A stretch of DNA of 64,000 bases. Source: Sediminibacterium sp. FEMGT703S (GTDB taxonomy: Bacteria > Bacteroidota > Bacteroidia > Chitinophagales > Chitinophagaceae). The DNA lies in NCBI GenBank assembly GCA_002786355.1, contig PGCO01000004.1, positions 93,297-157,296 of the forward strand. The letters are read 5' to 3'. Position numbers and translations under genes: made by a program. Under the pieces are notes generated by a model. The model ran no database searches and was not told the origin of the DNA. It worked only from the letters and a program-made list of their open reading frames with translations. This document shows, piece by piece, positions 25,179-35,414 of this stretch. Numbering within the stretch: position 1 is the first letter of the stretch; each line of letters opens with the position of its first letter.

Positions 25179-26840
25179 ATGAACAGAAGAAAATTTTTGC
25201 GCAATGGTTCTTTGGCGGCTGCGGCGGCTGTAACAGTAGCGGGCACTGCTGCAACTGTTTTAACTGGATGTGGCGGCGGTAGTGATCCCTCCAAAGAAAA
25301 TAAAAAAGATAGTGCCGAAATAGCCGCTGCTGCTGCTTCTGGAAGAGATGAATTTGAATTTTCTGAATTCACGATTTCCGAATTGCAAGCTGGTTTAAAA
25401 GCGGGTACTATTTCTTCTGTTAAATTGACCGAATTATACTTGCGTCGCATTAGTGAAATAGATCAAGGAAGACATGATCTTTTATCGGTGATTGAAGTGA
25501 ATCCAGAAGCCATGCAATTGGCGGAGCAAATGGATAAAGAACGCAAAGCGGGCAAATTACGCGGGCCTTTGCACGGGATTCCGATCATGATTAAAGACAA
25601 TATTGATACTGCCGATAAAATGCATACGACTGCTGGTTCTTTGGCTTTAGAAAATCATATTGCTGCCAAAGATGCTTTTGTGGTATCACAATTGCGTAAA
25701 TCGGGTGCAATTATTTTAGCCAAAACCAATTTAAGTGAGTGGGCAAATTTTAGGTCTACTCGTTCTAGTAGTGGGTGGAGTAGCAGAGGCGGACAAACCA
25801 GAAATCCTTATATAATCAATCGCTCTCCTTGTGGTTCTAGTGCCGGTTCTGCTGTGGCTGTTTCTGCAAATTTATGTGCAGTAGCCGTGGGTACTGAAAC
25901 CGATGGATCGGTGGTTGCTCCTGCTTCTTTCTGTGGTATTGTTGGGCTTAAACCTACGGTTGGTTTAGTGAGCAGATCGGGCATTATTCCAATTTCTGCT
26001 ACACAAGACACAGCTGGTCCTATGACCCGCACCGTGGCGGATGCGGCGGTTTTGTTGAATGCGATGGTGGGTGTAGATCCTGCGGATGCAGTAACGTTAA
26101 ATGCAAAAGATAAAATTGCGAAAGACTACACTACTTTTTTAAATAAGGATGCTTTAAAAGGAAAACGGATTGGCGTTGAACAATCTTTTTTAAGAGGCCG
26201 TCAAGAGGAAGTGGTGGCATTATACCAAAAGGAAATTGAGCAATTGAAAAAAATGGGGGCTATCATTGTTCCTGTTGAGTTGGTGAAAGAAACAGGTCCT
26301 TTGGGCGAATCGGAGTTTCAGGTTTTGCTCTATGAGTTTAAAGATGGGCTCAATAAATATTTATCTACGGTAAAAAATGGCGTTAAGAGCATGAGCGAAT
26401 TAATTGCATACAATAAAAAAAATGCGGAAAAAACCATGCCTTATTTTAAACAGGAATTGGTTGAAATGAGCAATGCTAAAGGCAACTTGAGCAGCGAAGA
26501 ATATAAAACTGCATTGGCTAAATCTACTTCTGCTCGTGGTATTATAGATCGCACTATGCAGGCCAATCAATTAGATGCGATTGTGGGTACGAGTTATGGT
26601 CCTGCACATTGTATTGATTGGGTAAATGGAGACCAAGACCCTGGCTTTTATTTTTGTCCTCCTGCTGCCATGGCTGGTTATCCGCATATTACTGTTCCGA
26701 TGGGTGATATTCATGGTTTACCTGTAGGTCTTTCTTTTGTGGCTTCTGCTTATCAAGAGGGAACTATTATTGGAATGGCGTATGCTTATGAGCAAGCAAC
26801 TAAGCATAGAAAGATTCCTAATTTTAAACGATCCATATAA
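25179..26840 (+). CDS. Amidase (amidase-signature family), Tat signal / lipoprotein-like
   Basis: The N-terminal MNRRKFLRNGSLAAAAAV is a twin-arginine signal. Also seen: LHGIPIMIKDNIDT and GSSAGSAVAV. Confidence 0.9.
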   Translation: MNRRKFLRNGSLAAAAAVTVAGTAATVLTGCGGGSDPSKENKKDSAEIAAAAASGRDEFEFSEFTISELQAGLKAGTISSVKLTELYLRRISEIDQGRHDLLSVIEVNPEAMQLAEQMDKERKAGKLRGPLHGIPIMIKDNIDTADKMHTTAGSLALENHIAAKDAFVVSQLRKSGAIILAKTNLSEWANFRSTRSSSGWSSRGGQTRNPYIINRSPCGSSAGSAVAVSANLCAVAVGTETDGSVVAPASFCGIVGLKPTVGLVSRSGIIPISATQDTAGPMTRTVADAAVLLNAMVGVDPADAVTLNAKDKIAKDYTTFLNKDALKGKRIGVEQSFLRGRQEEVVALYQKEIEQLKKMGAIIVPVELVKETGPLGESEFQVLLYEFKDGLNKYLSTVKNGVKSMSELIAYNKKNAEKTMPYFKQELVEMSNAKGNLSSEEYKTALAKSTSARGIIDRTMQANQLDAIVGTSYGPAHCIDWVNGDQDPGFYFCPPAAMAGYPHITVPMGDIHGLPVGLSFVASAYQEGTIIGMAYAYEQATKHRKIPNFKRSI

Positions 26841-26890
26841 GGGATAAAATAGTGTATATTCATATCATTTAATAAGCTTAATAGTTCATA

Positions 26891-28174
26891 GTGTCTGAAA
26901 TTAATACAAATAAAATTGCTCCGATTAGCTGGATTGCCAGCACTTGGATTGCTTCTGGTATTCCTTTTATTGCCCTGTCTAGTACAGCTGCAATCATGTA
27001 TGATTCTTTGGGTTTGCCCAATGATGAAATTGCATTTTGGACTTCTTTCATCATGCTTCCTTGGGCATTTAAGTTTTTATGGGCCCCATTTTTAGTAATG
27101 TTCATGACCAAACGCTACTTCGTTTATGTGTCTCAGTTTTTCTTAGGGGCTATGTTTGCATTGGTAGCAGTGAGTTTAATTGCTGATAGTTTTTTTGGAC
27201 TTTCAATTGGCTTATTTACAGCCATTGCCTTTGCTGCTGCTACCCAAGATTTGGCTGCAGATGGAATTTATATTAACGAATTGAATCAAAAAGAACAACA
27301 ACAATATGTAGGTTGGCAAGTGGTCTTTAAAAGCATAGCCAAAGCTTTATTTGGCCCTGCTTTAGTTGCACTGGCTTTTGTTATTGAAGAAAGCTATGGG
27401 TTAAAAGCTGCTTGGATGTCTATTATGATGATTTATGCTTTGGCAATGATTCTATTAGGGGTAATTAGCGCATATAATTTACCAATGGGTGGTGGACCAG
27501 TTCATGCTGTTGAATCTGCCCCTGAATCGGTAGTTATTTATTGGGATGTGGTGGTTCAATTTTTCAAGAAAAAGAATATCGTCATTGGTTTAATGTTTAT
27601 TTTCTTTTACCGTTTAGCCGAAGCACAGGCAATTAAAATAGCCCCGCTATTTTTTAGTGCTCCTAGAATTGAAGGTGGGCTTGCTTTTGATCAAGAAGAG
27701 ACCAGCTTTACCTTTAGTGTACTTGGCGTGATAGCATTTGTGTTGGGTAGTTTTGTTGCTGGCTATTTTGTTGCAGCCCGTACTTTTAATAGAAAGACCC
27801 TACTTTTTTTATGCACCGCAATGAATCTTTCTTTATTGGTTTATGTTTATCTAGCATTATTCCAGCCCGTTGACGAAACCCCCATTATGTTAATGGTGGC
27901 TTTTCAACACTTCTGTTATGGCTTTGGTTTACTCGCTTTGGTATTCTATATACTACAAGAAATTGCACCTGGTAAATACCAATTGGCCTACTTTAGTTTT
28001 GCCAGTTCAGTGATGTACCTGGCTTATATTATTCCAGGGATGTTCAGTGGTTTACTCAGTGAATACATGGGTTTCTATGATTTCTATATTTGGATTTTAA
28101 TTTGTACTATACCTGCTTATTTTGTGAGTGCGCTGATACCTTTAAATAATACTAATAACACTACTGCCAGTTAG
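26891..28174 (+). CDS. MFS transporter, AmpG-like
   Basis: GTG start, 12-TM-like profile, and the N-terminal GIPFIALSSTAAIMY...LPWAFKFLWAPF typical of the AmpG/PAT family. Confidence 0.7.
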   Translation: MSEINTNKIAPISWIASTWIASGIPFIALSSTAAIMYDSLGLPNDEIAFWTSFIMLPWAFKFLWAPFLVMFMTKRYFVYVSQFFLGAMFALVAVSLIADSFFGLSIGLFTAIAFAAATQDLAADGIYINELNQKEQQQYVGWQVVFKSIAKALFGPALVALAFVIEESYGLKAAWMSIMMIYALAMILLGVISAYNLPMGGGPVHAVESAPESVVIYWDVVVQFFKKKNIVIGLMFIFFYRLAEAQAIKIAPLFFSAPRIEGGLAFDQEETSFTFSVLGVIAFVLGSFVAGYFVAARTFNRKTLLFLCTAMNLSLLVYVYLALFQPVDETPIMLMVAFQHFCYGFGLLALVFYILQEIAPGKYQLAYFSFASSVMYLAYIIPGMFSGLLSEYMGFYDFYIWILICTIPAYFVSALIPLNNTNNTTAS

Positions 28175-29513
28175 GATTCCCTACTAAATGTAATTTAGTT
28201 TGTCTTCCGCTGATGTATTTAAAACCAGTTTGGTCAAAGTATCCATCTTGTTCTAACATGATGCGTATTGATTTTTTCCATTCTTTAATTTCTACTGCTG
28301 CATTCAACTCTATTGAATAGGCCGTATTGTAATACATAGGGTAGTCGCCACTTCCAGGCACACCATTTTGCTGATCCCACATACCAATCGTAGGGCCTGC
28401 TGCATGTCCGTGAGATCCAATTGGATGGGTATAAATGGTTGCATTGATTCCTTGTTTTTTTGCTTCTGCTAATGCGTCTAATAAAATTTTATTGCCCGAT
28501 TTATTGAGTGCAAATTGATTGGTTAAAATATCTTGTAAACGATTACCGATGGCTAATGCATTTTTCAAATATTCTGGAGCATCTGTTTCTTCTGGTTTTA
28601 GTACATAAGCATGCTCTTGTATATCTGAGTTCAATCTTAAATAAGTGATTCCAAAATCTACATGCAATAAATCGCCCGGTTGAATAATATTTTTAGGATC
28701 ATACCCTTTATTGCTGAATGCTTTTAAATGATCAAATTCAACTTGGTCATTGCGTTGAATTTCTACTGATGGATGAAACCAAGTAGCCAATCCTAAGCTG
28801 TTAATTTTTTGTCTGTACCACCATACTAGGTCTTCTGAAGTAGTGATGCCTGGTGTAATGACTTTGCTGCTAAATCCTTCAGCAATGATGGCTTTGCTAA
28901 TTTGCACTACTTGTGGATAGTATTGCATTTCTCTGGCCGTTCTGGTTTCTAACCAAGCCACTGCCAGCGGTTCTGATGAAACCACTTTTGATTTAAAAGT
29001 AGCGGGCAGTTTTTGCATGAATTGTTCATATTCTGTATGATCTAAACCGTCTGCATGCCCGTAGCTTTTAGAGATATTCAAGCCTATTTTTTTTGGTTGG
29101 TGTTTATTCACTAAAGCCATTAGTGCATCCCACTGATCTGGATATTTGGTCATGTCCCAAGCTGCTTTAATAGAACTTCCTACATTATACCTGGCCACTG
29201 CTGATTTGGTGTATTCCTTTGTTTGTGGGTTGTAATAAAACACCAACATAGTGGTTCTTCTAGCACTGATCCAAGTGGCTGGCAATAGGGTTTTTACGAT
29301 TGGATCTTCGTTATATTCTCTGGTAATCATTACCCACATATCTATGCCAGTTCGCTCCATTAACTGTGGCAATAAGTTGTTTAATCGGTCATCTACTACT
29401 TCGTCAATCAATTTTGCTTGTTCTCTTAATGGGAGTATTTGCGCATTAACTGCAAAAGGAATGAACCCCATAAAAAATAGGCTCAGTGCTAATAGTAGGG
29501 TATGCTTGTTCAT
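28161..29513 (-). CDS. M24 family metallopeptidase (Xaa-Pro aminopeptidase-like), secreted
   Basis: Signal peptide from MNKHTLLLAL. Metal-ligand context seen in LLHVDFG, EHAYVL, HPIGSHGHAAGP and SIELN. Confidence 0.8.
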   Translation of the reverse strand: MNKHTLLLALSLFFMGFIPFAVNAQILPLREQAKLIDEVVDDRLNNLLPQLMERTGIDMWVMITREYNEDPIVKTLLPATWISARRTTMLVFYYNPQTKEYTKSAVARYNVGSSIKAAWDMTKYPDQWDALMALVNKHQPKKIGLNISKSYGHADGLDHTEYEQFMQKLPATFKSKVVSSEPLAVAWLETRTAREMQYYPQVVQISKAIIAEGFSSKVITPGITTSEDLVWWYRQKINSLGLATWFHPSVEIQRNDQVEFDHLKAFSNKGYDPKNIIQPGDLLHVDFGITYLRLNSDIQEHAYVLKPEETDAPEYLKNALAIGNRLQDILTNQFALNKSGNKILLDALAEAKKQGINATIYTHPIGSHGHAAGPTIGMWDQQNGVPGSGDYPMYYNTAYSIELNAAVEIKEWKKSIRIMLEQDGYFDQTGFKYISGRQTKLHLVGNPNWQ

Positions 29514-29575
29514 ATTCTTGTCTTTATTGTACCTTTGTAATATACACGATTTATTTTGCCAATAAACCACGCTTA

Positions 29576-30820
29576 TTGAAACAATTTTCTCTCTGTTTAC
29601 TGACTATTTTGGTGCAGTGTATATTTAATTCATCTTTTGCTCAGAATGTAAAAATTCCTGAAAAAGATATTATTGACGTGATTTTTGGCGTCAAAAAAAC
29701 GAATAAAAAGCCAGAGAACGATTCGTTAATTCCCAGAAAATTATATACAAGTATCTTACCCATTCCGGGCTACAATCCTGCATTGGGTTTTGTGATAGGT
29801 GCGGGCATCAGTACCAATTTTTTATCGGGAACTGCTAATAAAACCCATTTGTCTAATATATTGGCCAATGCTACCATTACCACTCGTAATCAGTTTAATT
29901 TGTTTGCCCGAAACATGATTTTTTTAAAAGATGATGAATGGGTTTTACAGGGGGATTGGCGCTGGCTTATTTTTTCGCAGCCCACGTATGGTTTAGGAAT
30001 TAATTTCAATGATTTGCCTAATACGACTGCGAATGAAGAGCCCATGAAGTTTAATTATTTGCGTTTCTATCAAACTTTGTATAAAAAACTATGGGGAACA
30101 TGGTACGCAGGAATAGGGGTTAATATTGATCGTCATTATAGTGTAGTAGACCAACTATTAGATACCTCTAGTGCTAACCAGTATTTGACTGCACATTACG
30201 AGTATTCCAAACTAAATAATATTAGACAAGATCAATACGCTTCTATTGGTATTAGCCTCAATCTATTGTATGACACCAGAGACAATTCGGTTAATCCAAG
30301 AAAAGGGCAGTATGCGAAAATGACTTTTAGAATCAATAATGAAATTTTTGGAAGCACTCGTTCTCATAATACGTTGTATTATGAATATAGAACTTATTGG
30401 AACCCTACTAAAATGCGGGTAAGGCCCCATATTATTGGTTTCTGGACAATGGGAAGTTTGCTAATGAGCGGCAAACAGCCGTATTTAGAAATGCCGGCTA
30501 TTGGCTGGGATATGTATAATCGAACAGGTAGGGGTTATATTCAAGGTAGAATTCGTGGTGAAAATATGTGGTATGGCGAAACGGAATATCGTTTCCCTAT
30601 TTCTAAAAATGGATTACTGGGTGGCGTTGGTTTTGTTAATTTATCAACGGCTACTAATGAAGCTAAAAAACAAAAATTAGCCAATCAATTTGCTGCAGGT
30701 TTTGGTTTTGGCTTGCGTATTAAAATGAGCAAGAAAACCAATACCAATATTGCTATTGACTACGGAATGGGTCGTAATGGAAGTAGCGGTGTTTTTGTAA
30801 ACTTGTTAGAAACTTTTTAA
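29576..30820 (+). CDS. Outer-membrane beta-barrel protein (BamA/surface-antigen-like)
   Basis: Probable TTG start giving the signal peptide KQFSLCLLTILVQCIFNSSFAQ. It has Gly/Tyr/Asn-rich beta-strand periodicity and ends in ...VFVNLLETF. The upstream ORF extension would overlap the neighbouring gene. Confidence 0.6.
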   Translation: MKQFSLCLLTILVQCIFNSSFAQNVKIPEKDIIDVIFGVKKTNKKPENDSLIPRKLYTSILPIPGYNPALGFVIGAGISTNFLSGTANKTHLSNILANATITTRNQFNLFARNMIFLKDDEWVLQGDWRWLIFSQPTYGLGINFNDLPNTTANEEPMKFNYLRFYQTLYKKLWGTWYAGIGVNIDRHYSVVDQLLDTSSANQYLTAHYEYSKLNNIRQDQYASIGISLNLLYDTRDNSVNPRKGQYAKMTFRINNEIFGSTRSHNTLYYEYRTYWNPTKMRVRPHIIGFWTMGSLLMSGKQPYLEMPAIGWDMYNRTGRGYIQGRIRGENMWYGETEYRFPISKNGLLGGVGFVNLSTATNEAKKQKLANQFAAGFGFGLRIKMSKKTNTNIAIDYGMGRNGSSGVFVNLLETF

Positions 30821-32112
30821 TTCACTGCTTGCGTTAGTCTGTATATAAATACAGTTGCTCTTTTCATTAAAATTGGAAACTCTTTAGAATTAAGTGTTTC
30901 ACCTGGCGCATGCGCCCCTTTTCCTGAAGCACCTAATCCATCTAAACAATCTGCATAAGCTGCCACATAAGAAATATCTCCAGCTCCTCTGCTGCCAGGA
31001 TTGCCTGGTACTACTTTCCCCAATCCCATGTCTTCACTGGTTTTGCTTAAAATATTCGCCAAAGCTTCATTTCCCTTTGTGGGTGCCATAGAAGGAATTC
31101 CATCCTGAAAATGAATGGTTGCTTTAGTGCCTGGCAAACTTGTAGAAACAATTTTGCGCATAGCATTTCTTGCATTGATTTTTTGTTCTTCAGTTAAAAA
31201 ACGGAGGTCTCCGTTTACAAATGTTTTAGGCGAAATAATATTGGTTTTGCCTGATGCTTCACCACGCTGTTGTTCAAAGTTGGCGCTAACTTCAGAGCCT
31301 CCAATAAAAATGCCTGGATTAAAAGTGAGGTATTGTTCTTTACTTAATGTTTCTCTAAAACTATTTACAATTCTGGCTGCTTCATAAATTGCACCATATC
31401 CTGCTGCGCCAAAAACCCCAGAAGAATGTCCTTGCTTCCCCTCTACTGTTAACTCCCATGAACTAGCACCCCTTCTTGCTGTTGCTATAGTATTAAAGCC
31501 AGCAGCCCCTTCAAACCCAAGTACTACATCGTGTTGCTTGGCCCGCTCAATAAAATCTCCTCTGGTAATACTTCTTGGCTCTCCTGCATTTTCTTCGTCT
31601 CCGGTCATATAAATGGTGATGGTAGTATTATCCAACAAGTTTAATTCGTGCATTGCTTTCATTGCCGCAATAATGATTACATCACCTCCTTTCATATCAT
31701 TGATACCTTGCCCCGTAATGGTACTATCATTTAAAACAGTAAATGGATTTGCAGGCATATCTGGTTCAAACACGGTATCTAAATGCCCCAATAACATCAT
31801 CTTTTTTCCTTTATTACCTTTTCTGGTTGCTACTAAATGACCGGCACGCTTAATAGAATCGGGCATATTGATCCACTCGATGGTAAAGCCTAATTTTTCT
31901 AATTCTTTACTGTATAATTGACCCACTGCTTTTACTCCGGCCACATTAAAAGTGCCACTATTGATATTCACCGAATTTTTAAGGAGCTCCATCATTGAAG
32001 GATAGTGCTCTTCTATTTTTTTTATTAATTTTTGTTCAACAATTTGAAGGGATTGTGCGTTTGACGAAAATGATATGACATTTAATATAAAAAAGAGTGT
32101 CCAATTTTTCAT
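30817..32112 (-). CDS. M20/M28-type metallohydrolase (glutamate carboxypeptidase-like)
   Basis: Has a signal peptide. Motifs seen: LLGHLDTVF, NDMKGG and TGDEENAG. Confidence 0.85.
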   Translation of the reverse strand: MKNWTLFFILNVISFSSNAQSLQIVEQKLIKKIEEHYPSMMELLKNSVNINSGTFNVAGVKAVGQLYSKELEKLGFTIEWINMPDSIKRAGHLVATRKGNKGKKMMLLGHLDTVFEPDMPANPFTVLNDSTITGQGINDMKGGDVIIIAAMKAMHELNLLDNTTITIYMTGDEENAGEPRSITRGDFIERAKQHDVVLGFEGAAGFNTIATARRGASSWELTVEGKQGHSSGVFGAAGYGAIYEAARIVNSFRETLSKEQYLTFNPGIFIGGSEVSANFEQQRGEASGKTNIISPKTFVNGDLRFLTEEQKINARNAMRKIVSTSLPGTKATIHFQDGIPSMAPTKGNEALANILSKTSEDMGLGKVVPGNPGSRGAGDISYVAAYADCLDGLGASGKGAHAPGETLNSKEFPILMKRATVFIYRLTQAVN

Positions 32113-32262
32113 GGTGCTGTATTTGTGTTTACAAGTTAAGATAGAATTTGTAACGAATTAATCTTATCAACAGACGTATAAATTATATTTTCAATTTTAT
32201 TCTTTCTGATAAATTTATTTACGAAATAAAATAATAGATTTAATTCACATATAAATAGTTCA

Positions 32263-33312
32263 ATGTTTAATAGTTCAGTTTTTAGTTCAAAATATGAAAC
32301 CCTATTGGCGGTTGGTCAGTTAGGAGGGTGGGAGTATGATGTGCTTACTAAAGAACTGTGGTGCAGTAAATTTTATTTTGAAATATTAGGAAGGGCAAAC
32401 CCAGATACCGCAGAATGGGCTAAGTATCCTATTAAAGAAGTTTGGGAAAATTGGCTACACCCCGATGATTTAGAAAAGGCAAAAGAATATTTTGCTGATT
32501 TTATTTTACATCCAAGTGCGGAATATGCGCAACAATTTAGAATGCTGCATAGCAATGGAGAATGGATAACTATTTTAGATAGGGCAATCGCCATGCGAGA
32601 CGATGCAGGAGATTTATCAGGATTTATTATTGGCACTCATTTAGACATTAGCAAAGAAAAAGCAATAATTGAAAAATCAGTAATGGTTCAAATGATGCTT
32701 TCGAAGGCCGAAGGGATTGCACAGGTAGGTAGTTTTGAGGTACTGCTTCCAGAACGAAAAGCAATTTGGAGCAATCAAATGTTTCAGATAGTAGAATTGT
32801 CTCCCAAAAAAATACCGAGACAAAAGAATCAACTCACCAGCCTAGTTTGTGAAGAAGATAAAGCAAGATTTAATGAATGGGCAGAGAAAGCCATTTCCTC
32901 TGAAGGTGAGTCTTACCCAATATCAGTAAAAATAAAAACCTTTAAGAATAATATTAAGCATGTAATAGTTAGTGGTGTTACTTATAAAAATGCTCAAGGG
33001 GAAATGGTTAAATTTATTGGAGTAATAAAAGATAATACTAGCAGGATTGCAACTTTAGAGAATTTAAAATTACAGAATCAAAAATTAAGAGATATTGCTT
33101 GGTCGCAATCGCACTTAGTTAGAGGACCATTGTCCTCCATTTTAGGCATCACTAAAATTATAAATCAGAATCTAGCTACTGATGACGAAAAATTCCAACT
33201 CATTCAACATCTGCACGAGTCGGCAGAAAAATTAGATCAGGTAATCAGAGATATTGTTACTAGTACTGGCGCTCTGGATGAAATATTCACCAATATTGAT
33301 GATTATCAATAG
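32263..33312 (+). CDS. PAS-domain protein with a HisKA-like phosphoacceptor helix but no ATPase domain
   Basis: Has two PAS-like segments. The C-terminus is IAWSQSHLVRGPLSSILGI (H-box-like). The protein ends ~60 aa later without N/G boxes. Confidence 0.8.
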   Translation: MFNSSVFSSKYETLLAVGQLGGWEYDVLTKELWCSKFYFEILGRANPDTAEWAKYPIKEVWENWLHPDDLEKAKEYFADFILHPSAEYAQQFRMLHSNGEWITILDRAIAMRDDAGDLSGFIIGTHLDISKEKAIIEKSVMVQMMLSKAEGIAQVGSFEVLLPERKAIWSNQMFQIVELSPKKIPRQKNQLTSLVCEEDKARFNEWAEKAISSEGESYPISVKIKTFKNNIKHVIVSGVTYKNAQGEMVKFIGVIKDNTSRIATLENLKLQNQKLRDIAWSQSHLVRGPLSSILGITKIINQNLATDDEKFQLIQHLHESAEKLDQVIRDIVTSTGALDEIFTNIDDYQ

Positions 33313-33424
33313 CGGATAAACCTGAAATTTCAGGAGTTTAATTGATATTATTGAAATTATTTATTAATCTACTTATTAATACAACTCCTAATTGATATTT
33401 TTGGCATAATCAATCCCCCCTAGA

Positions 33425-35263
33425 ATGCCCACTAATTCCTATAGTTCAAAATATGAGACCTTATTAGCGGTAGGTCAATTAGGAGGTTGGGAATACAATG
33501 TACTAACACAGGAACTCTGGTGTAATAGTTATTATTTTGAAATGCTGGGTCGTCCTGAATATGTTGTGTCCGACTGGGCAAAATATTCTATAAAAGATGT
33601 TTGGGAAAACTGGTTACATCCAGAAGACCTTTCTAAAGCCAAAGAATTTTTTTCGGATTTTATTTTACATCCAGTATTGGAGTACAAGTAGCAATTTAGA
33701 ATGTTGCATGCCAATGGTAATTGGGTAACTATATTGAGTAGGGCAATGGCCATGCGTAATAATGAAGGTGAATTAACTGGGATGGTTATTGGAACGCATC
33801 TAGATATTACCAGTATAGAAACAATTACTGAAAATTTAATTAGCACTCAGCAGGAATTTGAAAAGACTAAAAAGCAAGTCATTAAGGATAATGCTTTTTT
33901 AAAAGCCATTCTAAATAGCCCTAAAGATTTATTTGTAATTGCATTAGACAAAAACTATCGGTTTTTAGGATTCTCTGATTCGTATATTGAATTTGCTAAA
34001 ACTGCCCTCAAAAAAGAGGTAACAGTGGGCATGAGTGCTTTTGAAGTAATACCTGCAGATTTAGTGCCCTTTGCTAAGGCTAATTATGATAAAGCTATTG
34101 CAGGGGAAAGTTTTGTAGTTACGAATAATTTTATATTTCCTGATGGGAAAAGAAGGTTTTATGAAAATAAGTATAGCCCCATTATTGATCAACATGGAAA
34201 AATTTTAGGGCTAACACTTTTTAGTAATGATATTACTGCCCTTAAAGAGCAGCAAGAGGAGACCAGAATAGTAGACTTAAGATATGCTGCTTTATTTGAC
34301 GGGGCTGAAGATGCTATTTTAATTGCTGATGCAACCAGTGGTTACTTAGTAGACGTGAATGATCGTGCTTGTACTTTGTTTGGGTATAGCAAAGCAGAAA
34401 TGGTTGGGATGCATCAAACTCAACTACATCCCCCTGACGATATTGTAATTGTTGGTGAATTATTTCAGCAGTTTACCAAGACCAATTCCTATCAATCAGT
34501 AGACGTAAATATTATTAACTACAAAGGAATTAAAAAACCAGTAAGAATTACGGCAAGCGCTCCCTTTAGGGCAGGTAAATATTTGTTTTTAGCGGCTTAT
34601 TTTAAAGACTTATCTAAAGAAAAAGCCGCTATTGAAAAAGCATTAACTATTGAGGCAATGTTGTCTAAAGCAGAGGGGATTGCGCATGTTGGTAGTTTTG
34701 AAGTTGCATTGCCCGAACGTAGTGCATTGTGGAGTGATGAACTATTTCGGATTGTAGAATTACCCAAAGAAAATGTATTGCCACATGCAAATCTTTTTAC
34801 CAATTTAGTTTGTCAAGAAGATCGTAGTTTATATGATAAATGGGTTAATAAAGCCACTTCTTTAGAAGGGGAATCTCAACCCATCCAAGTAAAAATAAAA
34901 ACCTTTAAAGGAAATATTAAACACGTAGTAATTAGCGGAGTTGCTTATAAAAATACTCAGGGCCAAATATTTAAGTTCATTGGGTTAATAAAGGATAATA
35001 CTGCCCGAATAGCAACTTTAGAAAGTTTAAAATTACAAAATCAAAAACTTCGGGAAATTGCTTGGGCGCAATCACATTTAGTGAGAGGCCCTTTGGCCGA
35101 TATTTTGGGTATTACCAAAATCATCAATGATGATCTTGCTACAGATGACGAAAAATTAATATTGATAAAAGAATTATACCAATCCGCTTTAAAATTGGAT
35201 AGTGTAATCAAGGATGTAGTCAATAATACGGGCTCTTTTGTAGATGCTTTCCCAGAAATCTAA
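33425..35263 (+). pseudogene. Longer tandem paralogue of 32263..33312, interrupted by one in-frame TAG (33689-33691)
   Basis: ORFs 33425..33691 and 33701..35263 are in the same frame. The alignment LEYK*QFRMLHANGNW against AEYAQQFRMLHSNGEW places the TAG opposite a Gln codon. The gene has extra PAS modules and the same H-box-only C-terminus. Confidence 0.75.
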
Positions 35264-35349
35264 AAAAATACCTAATACTAGGTATTAAAAAATCACAATT
35301 TTTCAGCATATTGCATCAGGAATTCGTCCTAAAATCGGGGTACATTCAT

Positions 35350-35374
35350 ATCGGGGGGTGTGATTGTCCCCGAT
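35350..35374. terminator. GC-rich hairpin between convergent genes (candidate intrinsic terminator)
   Basis: ATCGGGG-N11-CCCCGAT forms a 7-bp stem followed by TTCTATTT. It lies between the PAS gene end (35263) and the hydrolase gene end (35415). Confidence 0.5.
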
Positions 35375-35414
35375 TTCTATTTCCAATACAAGGGTTTACT
35401 TCTCCTGCCCCGTT

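Noticed and set aside
29486-29570. Apparent 85-nt overlap of the divergent M24 peptidase and outer-membrane protein ORFs.
   Set aside because: This is an artefact of maximal ORF extension. Signal peptides indicate starts at ATG 29513 (minus strand) and probably TTG 29576 (plus strand), which leaves a normal divergent promoter gap.
35267-35286. The hairpin AATACCT-N6-AGGTATT right after the PAS gene stop uses the same 7-mer arms as the island palindrome AGGTATTAATACCT.
   Set aside because: The arm order is inverted, and the context fits an AT-rich terminator-like hairpin after a stop codon. A 7-mer match 28 kb away is easily coincidental, and there is no flanking similarity to the island junctions.
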